Below the pieces are notes generated by a model. That model did not search any database. It was not told where the DNA came from and saw nothing but the letters and a program-made list of their open reading frames with translations. From Octopus bimaculoides (lineage: Eukaryota), in the NCBI RefSeq assembly GCF_001194135.2, contig NC_068998.1, positions 40,999,193 to 41,038,932 on the forward strand: a DNA stretch of 39,740 nt, written 5' to 3'. The position numbers and the translations under genes were made by a program. Shown here in pieces: positions 1-12,039 of this stretch (the first letter of the stretch is position 1; the number at the start of each line of letters is the position of its first letter).

Positions 1-171
1 AAAACAACTCTAAGGATTCTCTGTCAAAGACGATATATAAACGTCCAGCTTTTGCCGAACGAGCTGAACAAATGATTTGTTTATAGTTCACGCTGCATAA
101 TAGCTCACTCTCTTCATCAAATGGTTGTTGTCTGAACAAGTGCACTATGTACTACGCGTCAGGTGTCAAAG

Positions 172-207
<36 letters not shown>

Positions 208-524
208 TATATATATATACATATATAGTTATATATATATATATATACACACACACAAAGAGATACACACACATACACACACACATACACACACACACAC
301 ATATATACATATATATTTTAAATGATTGATACGGAAGACGGAGTATAACTAGAAGCTTTATTAGCACAACAATCGTTTCGGCTTCATTATGCACTGCTCC
401 CTAGTAGGTGCGGGACGATGTAATGACATCAGATGTAACACAAAGTGCAGTAAACCTCATCCGGTGACGTAACATACCTCAAAACTTACAAGATTTACAT
501 TTTCATTTCACTCCAAGCTATATG

Positions 525-580
525 CTGGTGATGAGTTGCTAGCAGTTCAGACATCATATGTTTGAACTGCTAAGAACTCG
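525..580. repeat. Imperfect inverted repeat (hairpin)
   Basis: tagcagttcagacat (540-554) pairs with atgtttgaactgcta (558-572), one G-T, 3-nt loop. It extends with gagtt (533-537)/aactc (575-579). Confidence 0.8.
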
Positions 581-1322
581 ATCAAGATCCAATCTTAGTT
601 GCGTACCCAGAAGCCCAGAAGTCAGTGACGTCAACCTAAGGAAAGTCTTGGTGAAAGTGCAGATAATGTTTGACTTTCCCTATTATATATGTATATATAT
701 ATAGGAGAGTATTGTAGTTCGCTTGAAGCATTGTGAATTGTTTGTAAAGAACAAAAAGTTTAGAATAGTACAACAATGCACTATAATACAAAAAATGGAC
801 TGTATACCTGTTGTAATTTGGTTATCTATAGTCCGATGATATTTCGGAATTACAATTCCTTCTTCAGATATTCTTAGATGGAGTCTCTGCTATAAACTGT
901 TTTCCGACGGTTTTCTTTTTTACGTAATGATTATTCCAATATATATATGTATATATATATATATATATNNNNNNNNNNNNNNNNNNNNNNNNNNNNNNNN
1001 NNNNNNNNNNNNNNNNNNNNNNNNNNNNNNNNNNNNNNNNNNNNNNNNNNNNNNNNNNNNNNNNNNNNNNNNNNNNNNNNNNNNNNNNNNNNNNNNNNNN
1101 NNNNNNNNNNNNNNNNNNNNNNNNNNNNNNNNNNNNNNNNNNNNNNNNNNNNNNNNNNNNNNNNNNNNNNNNNNNNNNNNNNNNNNNNNNNNNNNNNNNN
1201 NNNNNNNNNNNNNNNNNNNNNNNNNNNNNNNNNNNNNNNNNNNNNNNNNNNNNNNNNNNNNNNNNNNNNNNNNNNNNNNNNNNNNNNNNNNNNNNNNNNN
1301 NNNNNNNNNNNNNNNNNNNNNN

Positions 1323-1353
<31 letters not shown>

Positions 1354-1708
1354 CGCACATAAAGAAATACACATATGTTTGCATGTATATGTATGTGTAT
1401 GTGTATATGTGTTTGTATGCGTGCATGTGTGCGTGCGTGCGTGTGTGCAGGTGTGTGTGTATGTGTGTGTGCAGGTGTTTGTCTTTGTGTGTGTGAATAA
1501 GCAATGCAGAGACTACAAAATTTCCATAACAATGACATTAGTTTAACTTTTAATTTTTGCACGCGTTAAACTAATTCTATTATCATCATAATGTTGCTGT
1601 CTTGTCTCGCTTATTGGCTTTTTAATACATTCTCAACGCTAACGCGCCATTCCGTTTGATTCGTTTCGTGGAATTCTATCTTAAGTTTGATTCTCACTTG
1701 GATTACAT

Positions 1709-1900
1709 TGTATGTATGTATGCATGTATGTATGTATGCATGTATGTATGTATGTATGTATGTATGTATGTATGTATATATGTGTGTATGTATGTATGTA
1801 TGTATCTATGTATGTGTGTGTGTGTATGTATGTATGTATGTATGTTTGTATGTATGCGTGTATGTGTGTATGTATGTATGTATGTATGTATATTTGTGTG
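1709..1900. repeat. (TATG)n/(TG)n compound microsatellite
   Basis: Visible tandem tetranucleotide run. Confidence 0.95.
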
Positions 1901-2990
1901 TGTGTGTATATATACATATGTGCGTGTGTGTATGTATATATATATGTGTTTGTGTATACATACATAGAAACATACATACATATACATACGAATTATGAAT
2001 GTATATAAACTGACAGATGTGTACATATATGCATATAGATGTGAATGTATACATACACACAAACATATGTATATATATATACGCACACACACACACACAC
2101 ATACATCTATGTAAGTGCATATATATATATATATATATATGCAGCTACACATGTACACAAGCACACACGCATCTATAAAAATATAGACACAAATACAAAA
2201 ATATATATACCTATGTACGTATGCACACTTAAAAACTGACATTTGTATTTGTATAAATTATATATTTGCATATACAGATATATACCCATAGATTATTCAT
2301 TTCATATATATTCATATATACATATATATATATACATATATATGTGTGTATGAATCCTTTGTGTTTTGTTTTTATTTTTACATTTACAATTTATACATAT
2401 AGATAGATAGATATGCATACATACATACGTACACACACATACACACACGTACATGGGTATATACAAACACAAACACACTCGTACAAACACACATATAGCT
2501 GTGTGTGTGTGTCATCATCTGGAATCATAGTTGAATACGTAATGATTATTCCAATATTCTCTCCCCCCTCTCTCTTTCTTTCTTCCTTTCTTTCTTCCTT
2601 TCTTTCTTCCTTTCTTTCTTTCAATTACACCTCAGCTGTTACTATGACATTTGTTCAACTTTAATCTGATAATTTTTAATTGAATTATCGGTGATATTAA
2701 TGAGAACGACGGCAACGCCGACCAAGGCTAACACGACGGTGACGATAATGGTCATCAAGATGATAACGATGAAGATGATGATGACGGCGACGATGGTGAG
2801 GACGATGATAATGATGATGATAATGATGATGATGGCGGCGGTGGTGGTGGTGATGATGATGATGATCGTACCTTTGACAAAGACGGTGTTGATAGCATTA
2901 ATGGCATTGATATCAATGTATTGCTGTTATTCTCATGTTGAGGTTTTATTGCTGTTGTTACAGTTTTATTATTGCTTTGGTTATCATTAT

Positions 2991-3198
2991 TAGCGGAATC
3001 GTTAGGAAGCCAGGCAAAATGCTCAGTCGAATTTCGTTCGTCTTTACATTCTGAGTTCTAATTCCACCGTGGTCGGCTCAGCCTTTCGTCCTTTCGGGGT
3101 CGATAAAATAAATACCAGTTGAACACTGGAATTGAATGTAATCGACTTACACCACCTCAAAAATTACTAGCCTTCTTCCAAAATTTGAAACCATTATT
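2991..3198 (+). mobile_element. tRNA-derived SINE family A (diverged copy, tail type 1)
   Basis: gaatcgttag...ctgagttctaattccaccg...cctttcggggtcgataaa...aatttgaaacc, then ATT-rich tail. Homologous to about 12 other copies in the window. Confidence 0.85.
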
Positions 3199-3259
3199 TC
3201 TATTATTATCATAATTCTTGTTATAATAATAATAATAGCAATAATTTTCTTCATTGCTC

Positions 3260-3465
3260 GGCGAGTTGGCAGAATCGTTAGCGCGCTGGACGAAATGCTT
3301 AGCGGTATTTCGCCTGTTCAAATTCCGGCGAGGTCGACTTTGCCTTTCATCCTTTCTGGGTCGATAAATTAAGTACCAGTTACGCACTGGGGTCTATGTA
3401 ATCGACTCCCCCCTCCCTCACAATTCCAGGCCTTGTGCCTGTTGTAAAAAGGATTATTATTATTG
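3260..3465 (+). mobile_element. SINE family A, small internal deletion, tail type 1
   Basis: ggcgagttggcagaatcgttagc...ttcaaattccggcgaggtcgactttgcctttcatcc...ccaggccttgtgcc...ggattatt. It lacks the ccgttacgttctgag segment seen in other copies. Confidence 0.9.
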
Positions 3466-3924
3466 CTTTCATCATTATCGTTACTATCAGTACGTTCGTC
3501 TTCTTCTTGATATTATTATTGATGCGATTGTAAATATTGCTATCATTATTATTATTATTATTATTATTATTGACATCATAATCATCATCATTATTATTAT
3601 TGTTAGTAATATTATTATTTTTGTCACTGTTGGTAATGATATTGTTGGTGTTGGCGTGTCACGTCTGTTTACTCGGAGTTACATACCGATAGAGAATAAA
3701 GATAAATAAAGATAAATTAATTTTTAGAAATCAAACAAATGAATACCCAAACAAAAATTGAGACTGAATAAATAACAGAAAAAAAACAACTAACGAAAAC
3801 GAACAAAACAATACAAAAACTAATTACTTTTGCTTTTTGTGTTCTTCTTTATGGAAATAGAACTTAATTACATATGAGTTTATTAATTTTGTAACAGTTT
3901 TGTTTATATAGGTTGCGCGTGTCT

Positions 3925-3925
3925 G

Positions 3926-3989
<64 letters not shown>
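3925..3989. repeat. (CTAT)n microsatellite
   Basis: Visible run. Confidence 0.95.
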
Positions 3990-3990
<1 letters not shown>

Positions 3991-4010
3991 ACGTATGTGT
4001 ATGTGTGTGA

Positions 4011-4042
<32 letters not shown>

Positions 4043-4291
4043 NNNNNNNNNNNNNNNNNNNNNNNNNNNNNNNNNNNNNNNNNNNNNNNNNNNNNNNNNN
4101 NNNNNNNNNNNNNNNNNNNNNNNNNNNNNNNNNNNNNNNNNNNNNNNNNNNNNNNNNNNNNNNNNNNNNNNNNNNNNNNNNNNNNNNNNNNNNNNNNNNN
4201 NNNNNNNNNNNNNNNNNNNNNNNNNNNNNNNNNNNNNNNNNNNNNNNNNNNNNNNNNNNNNNNNNNNNNNNNNNNNNNNNNNNNNNNNNTA

Positions 4292-4325
<34 letters not shown>

Positions 4326-4718
4326 TGTATATGTTTGAATATATATATATATATTTACATGTGTATTTTAACAAACCAAACACATACCACAGACATACAC
4401 ACTCACACACACGTAAATACACAATGTCTCTCTCTATATATAATATAAATAATATATATATATATATACATATATACATACATATATGTACATACCTACA
4501 TATATATGTATATATGCATGCATATATGGGTACAGGACGTCAAAAAAACGTGAACAAAATGAAAAACGAGAACAAAGAAACAGCAAAAACATAGAAAACG
4601 AACTTTTTTTCGGACAACGAAAGAAACAAATAGAGAAACGAGACAGGCGCATTTGTTATATATATATATATATCTACACACACATATATGTATATATTTA
4701 TATATATACACACATATG

Positions 4719-4750
<32 letters not shown>

Positions 4751-4768
4751 TGTATGTATGTATATATA

Positions 4769-5002
4769 TGTGGTGTGTGCCAGAGGGTTTGCAAATCCAA
4801 TGGGGGTCTTAAAAGACATGTTAGGATCCACAATGAGCAGAACTTACTTGCAGGTATTGGTAGTGCAAATCAGAGGTGCAATCTGTGTGGGTGTTTTTTC
4901 AAAACACTGTCTGGTTTAAAAAGCCACATCAGACGCCATGAAAGGGCTAAGGTGTAGGTGCAGGAGGTGGTCAAACTCTGTTTAAGGAGTAGACAACCAC
5001 CA
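4769..5002 (+). mobile_element. LINE-like (probably RTE-type) 3' fragment encoding two C2H2 zinc fingers
   Basis: 4769-4957 reads CGVCQRVCKSNGGLKRHVRIH...CNLCGCFFKTLSGLKSHIRRHERAKV*, two exact C-X2-C-X12-H-X3-H motifs. A short 3' UTR follows, the segment sits between microsatellites, and it has no start or splice acceptor. The LINE assignment is from recall. Confidence 0.55.
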
Positions 5003-5650
5003 TGTCTATATACATACATATATATATGAACAACGTGGACCATTTTCTGGAAGAAAAATTCGTAGTTTAAGTGCAAATTCATTTGAGCACTAGTACGTGT
5101 CTTCTATACTGAGCATGTCTAGCTCTCACCTGCGTCTCACCGGGCAATCACTTCGTCAGCACTTCATGAAAGAACATGGCTAGCATTGTATTCGGTTTCC
5201 TGAATAAACATCAATTAAACTCCGATAGATTACGAAAGGGAACATTTCGCGAACCCAAGGTGTAATCCGATATGCATAAAACATGCTTCACAGTATATAA
5301 TAATAATTAAAATTAAGGAAAGATAAATCCAAATAGATGTTAGGATGTCAAGTAATGATGTCGGACGAGGTGAACGAACAATAATAATCATAATTTTATT
5401 GTATATTATTTTATTTATTACATGTCTATATAAGTACTATAGAATAAAAAGATGTTCGCATACTGAAACGATGGTAACATTAATTTGAATTTCTTTTTTC
5501 TTAATTTTAAATGTATATATATATATATATATATATACATACATACACATATACATGCATGCATACACACACACACACATATAACACATATATATATATA
5601 TCTATGTATATGTATATATATATCTATGTATATGCGTATATATATATATG

Positions 5651-5690
<40 letters not shown>

Positions 5691-6026
5691 NNNNNNNNNN
5701 NNNNNNNNNNNNNNNNNNNNNNNNNNNNNNNNNNNNNNNNNNNNNNNNNNNNNNNNNNNNNNNNNNNNNNNNNNNNNNNNNNNNNNNNNNNNNNNNNNNN
5801 NNNNNNNNNNNNNNNNNNNNNNNNNNNNNNNNNNNNNNNNNNNNNNNNNNNNNNNNNNNNNNNNNNNNNNNNNNNNNNNNNNNNNNNNNNNNNNNNNNNN
5901 NNNNNNNNNNNNNNNNNNNNNNNNNNNNNNNNNNNNNNNNNNNNNNNNNNNNNNNNNNNNNNNNNNNNNNNNNNNNNNNNNNNNNNNNNNNNNNNNNNNN
6001 NNNNNNNNNNNNNNNNNNNNNNNNNG

Positions 6027-6170
6027 CTCCCGTAATGTAGCAGTTTGGCAAAAAGTACCGACAAATTAAGTATCAGGTCTAGAATAGCATTGAGATAGAT
6101 TTGTGCAACAAACCATTTCAAGGCGGTACTCCAGCATGGCCGCAATCCAATACTCGTAACAAGCAAAAGC
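6027..6170 (+). mobile_element. SINE family B 3' portion
   Basis: ...aggcggtactccagcatggccgc...aacaagcaaaag, homologous to 33440-33600. Confidence 0.75.
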
Positions 6171-6210
6171 ACTAGTATTTTATTTTATAGTTTATTATTA
6201 ACTAACTGCG

Positions 6211-6432
6211 AAGGCGACGAGCTGGCAGAATCGTTAGCACGCCGAGCAAAATGCCTCACCGCAGTTTCGCCCGACCTTACGTTCTGAGTTCAAATTCCGC
6301 CGAAGTCGACTTTGCCTTTCATCCTTTCGGGGGTCGATAAAATAAGTACTAGGCAAGCCCTGGGATCGATGTAATCGACTAGCTCCCTACCCACAAAATT
6401 CAGGCTTTGTATCTATAATAGAAAGGATTATT
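6211..6432 (+). mobile_element. SINE family A, full length
   Basis: gagctggcagaatcgttagcac...gttctgagttcaaattccgccgaagtcgac...gaaaggattatt. Confidence 0.9.
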
Positions 6433-6443
6433 CCCAAACTGTC

Positions 6444-6660
6444 AAGGCGAGAAGCTGGTAGAATTGTTATCTCGCCGGGTAACGTTCTTCGCGGTATTTC
6501 GTCTGTCTTTACATCCTGAAATCAAATTCCGCCAAAGTCGACTTTGCCTTTCGTCCCTTTCGAGGTCGATAATATAAGTACCGCCTGAATTCTGGGGTTG
6601 ATATAATCAACTTACCCCAGGCCTGAAACTGCTGGTCTTGGACCAAATTTGAAATCATTA
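6444..6660 (+). mobile_element. SINE family A, second tandem copy
   Basis: gaagctggtagaattgttatc...aaattccgccaaagtcgactttgcc...aaatttgaaatcatta. Confidence 0.85.
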
Positions 6661-7565
6661 TTAACTAAGTATAAAATATTATACACGTGATAGCAATTAA
6701 TGCAAAAATTGCTAAGATGGGTCAAACCTGTTTCTAAGGAAATAAAATGTATAAGCTCAATACGAGTTTGCATTTAACATTGATCAATTGATGATATTCA
6801 GATGAAGGATAATAATTTACTTTTTCAGATGAAAATATAACTTTACAGGTTTCGGAAAATAAATCAACGTTGATGCAAAAATCGTTTTGGTGAGGTGGGG
6901 ATGGGTGGAGGTGAGGACATGATAAAGTAAATAGATAAAATAGGAATCACTAAAAAAAAGGAAAAGAAAAAATAGATGCGTAAATGTTGGTTCTTTCCGA
7001 GAAAAGAGATATCTGGAGCATACACCTTGTGTGTGTGTATGTGTGTGTGTATTTATATATATATTTATATGTTTATATATGCATACATATGTATGCACAC
7101 ACACACACACACACNNNNNNNNNNATATATATACACACACATATTTGTGTGTGTGTATGTATGTGTATTTATATATATACACACACATATATTTGTGTGT
7201 ATGTGTGTGTATGTATTTATATATATTTATATATGCATACATATGTATACATTTATATATATATACATACACGCACGCGCATATATGTATATATATATAT
7301 ATATATATATACACGCATACATACACTCATATATATACGCACACATATATTTGTGTGTGTGTATGTGTGTGTGTGTATATGTATATGCGTGTGTATATGT
7401 GTGTAGGTATATAAATCACATCTTCCATAAGCCATATATTGAATACATCTGCTCATCGTCCAACACTATTGATTTAAAAAATTTTTATTGCTTTTATCGG
7501 CAATTTCACCGAATCCATCTCATCATACTTTTCGAATTTGTTTTTGCCTATTCTTTATATCACAC

Positions 7566-7630
<65 letters not shown>

Positions 7631-9622
7631 AACACACACACACATGTATTAACAATGACGATGATGACGACGAAGACAGCAACATCATGAATTAGAAATC
7701 AATATAGGAAATTCCACTTGATGCGGTACACCGAGCAGTTAGAAATAGCGGCCATAACACCTTTCTTCCCAATCCATACCTTGCCGTTTTCCATTAGGAA
7801 AGGACACATTGGGTAGATAGAGTAGTCCTAGACCTTAGCCCCTAAAAAAGGACAGACAGGTTGGTCACAAATGGGATGCTCTTGATCATTAAACCTTTCC
7901 AGTCAAACTTGATTTGTAACTCAACAACAGCAGCAACAACAATAGCAGAAACAACAGCTGGAATAACAGCAAGAACATCAAGAACAACAACTGCAACAAC
8001 AGCGTGCACTACAGAAACAATAACAAAATCTAAAGAAGACTTACTGAAGTTAAGACACGTGACGTACATGTCCTAAGTTGTACGTATACGTTCAGCCATA
8101 TTTTGCTGTCTTTAGTTCTTAACTAAACTATAATTACATTAATTCACAAACAGATATTTAGTATTCTTTGTCTTGTTCATTACCACAATTCGTTTTAGTC
8201 AGTTTTCGTTCATATAAAATTAGTATTTTTGATAAAGTCTTTCTTAATCAAATTGTTTGATCGTTTGTCACTTTTTCTCTTTGACTTTTACTTATATAAT
8301 TTTGCCTTCGCAAAGAGAACCAAGGTTTTTTTCCTTTTTTTTTTCACTTCGAGTTCTTTTGAAGAAACACAAGAAGAATCCAAGTAGAACCAAACCATCA
8401 AACGGATGTCTGCAATTCAAAGGTCCTAATCAGATTTTATTAGCTAAACAACGTTATTCCTGTTTTTAGAGTCTGTCTGATGTTGGAGGAGGAGACAAAT
8501 AAATTAGTAAAACTTTTCAGACAGTGCATTGACATCTGTAAAAATGTCCTCGTTAAATCAAAGATTAACTTAATTTCCTTTCCGATTTTCTTTATTGGTC
8601 GTTTTTCTTTAGTTTTCTTTTCGTTGTTTTTCCTTATTGTCAGATAAAAAAAAAAAAAAACCAACAAAAAAAACCAACAAAAAAAAAACCAAAAAAAAAA
8701 CGAGATTTTATCTTTTGAAGGTAAGCAAATAGTTGAAAGGTTTAACTAAGTATGAATATATTGACGTAGACTGCAACACCGTCAACTACATGTAAATGTA
8801 TGTATGTCAGCTTATGTGTCAATGTGTGTTTATGTGAGTATGTGTGTATCTACATGTTTCCTCTTTCTTTCTCCCTGTATCTCTACTGCACATACAAAAG
8901 TGCACATATGATTTAAACGTCCATGTGTGTGCATATATGCGTGCTGTATAAAACGCATGACTATATTCTCGATTTTTTAACGCACATTTCTATGAGTTCC
9001 TTCTTAACTGTTTGCTTGAAACAGTAAGGCTCACATATTAAGAAAAGAACAAACATTTCTAGAATCAAATACTCATCTTCCGAATGAAGTGTTGTTGGTG
9101 TATGTTGTTTTCTTCATACAGGGACAAGGACTGTGTACGTTAAAGCTTACCATACTGCGGCTAGTATGTCTTAACACACTGCCGTTAGCATATCTGAGTA
9201 GCTTCCATTTTTATTTTATTTATATTTCCTTGTGTAGTTGGCACATGTGAAACCTATCTTAATACGCTGTGCACGGCTTTCGGTTCTTCGTAGTCTATTA
9301 CGGTTTAGTACCGAGAAATTGGTGATGCAGGTAGCACTGGAATAATCCATAATGAATAGAATGCAATGTTTGTGTACCATTGTTATTGTTGTCTCTTTCT
9401 TGACGATCACACGCCAAACACGTTCCTTCCAAGCACTGCTGTAAATAGTGGAAGTGAGCTAGAACGTTAAAACTTAGTGCGCATGCACAGCAGAGTTCAA
9501 GGTCAATCTGTGCCAAGCGGCTTTATTCTACGTACTTTAGCTTCATTACTATGGCAAAAATCCGGATACATATTGATCATACGAGTATACATGTGTGTCT
9601 CTCTATATATATACATATACGT

Positions 9623-9676
<54 letters not shown>

Positions 9677-9824
9677 NNNNNNNNNNNNNNNNNNNNNNNN
9701 NNNNNNNNNNNNNNNNNNNNNNNNNNNNNNNNNNNNNNNNNNNNNNNNNNNNNNNNNTATACATATATATATATATATATATGAATATATGTACATATGT
9801 CCATACATAAGTATAAAAGTATAT

Positions 9825-10070
9825 ACACACATAATTTTGATTCTTTCTCAACAGCTCAGATGTGGTTTTTTGCTTTCTAAAAGCCAATTCAAAATAAAAC
9901 TTAAACATTAGTGATTGTGAGATTCTCAGAGATTCAGTCTACCAAAGCACAAGATCGCATATATTTGGTAATTCTCTCTCTTGTTTCGCTTTGGTCAATT
10001 TCGTATCTACTTTGGTGCTTTCTTTTACCATAAGTTCAATCAGATAAGATAACATCGAAGACCATTATTC
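9825..10070. repeat. Unclassified ~250-bp dispersed unit, copy 1 of 3
   Basis: Aligns by eye with 15363-15608 and 18384-18688, e.g. gtgagattctca, atatttggtaatt, accaaaagttcaatc. Confidence 0.85.
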
Positions 10071-10138
10071 TAGGATATCACTTTATATATACCAATATAT
10101 ATAAATACATACATACATATACATTTATACATACATTC

Positions 10139-10185
<47 letters not shown>

Positions 10186-10268
10186 CATACATACATACAT
10201 ACATGTACATATGTTCATATAAATATATATCCATACAGATACATATATATATGTATGTGTGTATGTAC

Positions 10269-10299
<31 letters not shown>

Positions 10300-10537
10300 T
10301 ATGCATACATGCATGCATATATACAAACCATGCACACACACACACATGCAACACCGTTGAAAATTGCCTCTCTCGTGTTTTTTCTTTGTTTTTTCTTGTC
10401 TTTTATCCCCCTACTACACACACGCATACCTATGTGTGCGGGTTTATCTANNNNNNNNNNNNNNNNNNNNNNNNNNNNNNNNNNNNNNNNNNNNNNNNNN
10501 NNNNNNNNNNNNNNNNNNNNNNNNNNNNNNNNNNNNN

Positions 10538-10580
<43 letters not shown>

Positions 10581-11264
10581 TGTTAAATTTCCTTTCGTTG
10601 TATGTCCCGCCATCCTTTAGTTCGTTCGTCCTCTATCTATATTCCCACTGTGACCAACTAGTCCACCAAGCTAGAAATATGAAATTAAAAAAGATGATGA
10701 CACCACGTCAACTGTTGTCTGAGAACTCTTTTTCTTCCTTTGTTTGTTTGTTTGTTTGTTTGTTTGTTTGTTTCTTTCTTTCTTTCTTTTCCTGCTTTCA
10801 TAACAATATTTAGAAGTTGTCGAGGAACGCTAATATTGATTGTGATCAATAATAGTGATTGTTGTTGTTGTTGCTGTTTTCTACATTGATGATAATGTAA
10901 TCGTGGTGGTGGTGATGACGATAATAATGATGAAGATGCTGATGATGATGAGGACGAAGAAAAGGAAGATGAAGGTCATGATGATGATGATGGTGGTGAC
11001 TGTGGCGGTAGTGGCATTAATAATAAACGATGATGATATTGTTTGCTGTATTTAAATGACGTTGCCGTCAATGTTGGCACCCTCAAGGTTAAAAAACAAA
11101 AAAAAAGGAAAAGAAAAAGAGAGGAAAACAATGTTAGAAACTAATATCGGTTTTGATTTAAGATTTACTAATCGAGCATCGATTTCTTCAATCTTTCTAG
11201 TCGCTGAGATCCGACAAGAGACTTGGGAGTAAGTGGAGTAGAGGGCTGCTCTTCCTTTTCTAAT

Positions 11265-11425
11265 TAATAATGATTTCTAATTTAGGCACAAGGCAAGCAA
11301 TTTTAAGGAGAGGGGTTTAATTGATATCATCGATCCTAGAACGTCACTGGGACTTTATTTTATCGACCTCGACTGAATGAAAGACTAAGACGACCTCGGC
11401 CGGATTTGAACTCAGAACGTAAAGA
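11265..11425 (-). mobile_element. SINE family A, 5'-truncated
   Basis: Plus strand shows ggcacaaggc...tttatcgacc...gacctcggccggatttgaactcagaacgt, the reverse complement of family A. Confidence 0.8.
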
Positions 11426-11528
11426 TGTTTTGTTCAAGACTAGAATTTTTGGACGAGGAGGTAAGTAAATTACATCGACTACAATTGGTAGCCAACTGCT
11501 ACTTATTGGTAGCCAACTGCTACATACG

Positions 11529-11567
<39 letters not shown>

Positions 11568-11574
11568 ACACACG

Positions 11575-11628
<54 letters not shown>

Positions 11629-12039
11629 NNNNNNNNNNNNNNNNNNNNNNNNNNNNNNNNNNNNNNNNNNNNNNNNNNNNNNNNNNNNNNNNNNNNNNNN
11701 NNNNNNNNNNNNNNNNNNNNNNNNNNNNNNNNNNNNNNNNNNNNNNNNNNNNNNNNNNNNNNNNNNNNNNNNNNNNNNNNNNNNNNNNNNNNNNNNNNNN
11801 NNNNNNNNNNNNNNNNNNNNNNNNNNNNNNNNNNNNNNNNNNNNNNNNNNNNNNNNNNNNNNNNNNNNNNNNNNNNNNNNNNNNNNNNNNNNNNNNNNNN
11901 NNNNNNNNNNNNNNNNNNNNNNNNNNNNNNNNNNNNNNNNNNNNNNNNNNNNNNNNNNNNNNNNNNNNNNNNNNNNNNNNNNNNNNNNNNNNNNNNNNNN
12001 NNTATATATATATATATTAATATTTCACTTATATGAATA

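Noticed and set aside
30-125. Minus-strand TTGATGA plus stem as another hammerhead
   Set aside because: The core is mutated, GAAA is absent and no helix III can be formed; too weak.
8444-8646. ORF ending in a hydrophobic FFSLFFLIVR stretch
   Set aside because: The hydrophobic tail comes from a T-rich tract; there is no recognisable family and no linked exon.
10630-10670. Minus-strand WWTSWSQW resembling a thrombospondin type-1 repeat start after a good acceptor
   Set aside because: The frame stops four codons later, with no cysteines and no donor site.
11485-11525. Short tandem duplications (21 bp here, 17 bp at about 30772, about 32 bp at 21150)
   Set aside because: Ordinary slippage duplications with no further structure.
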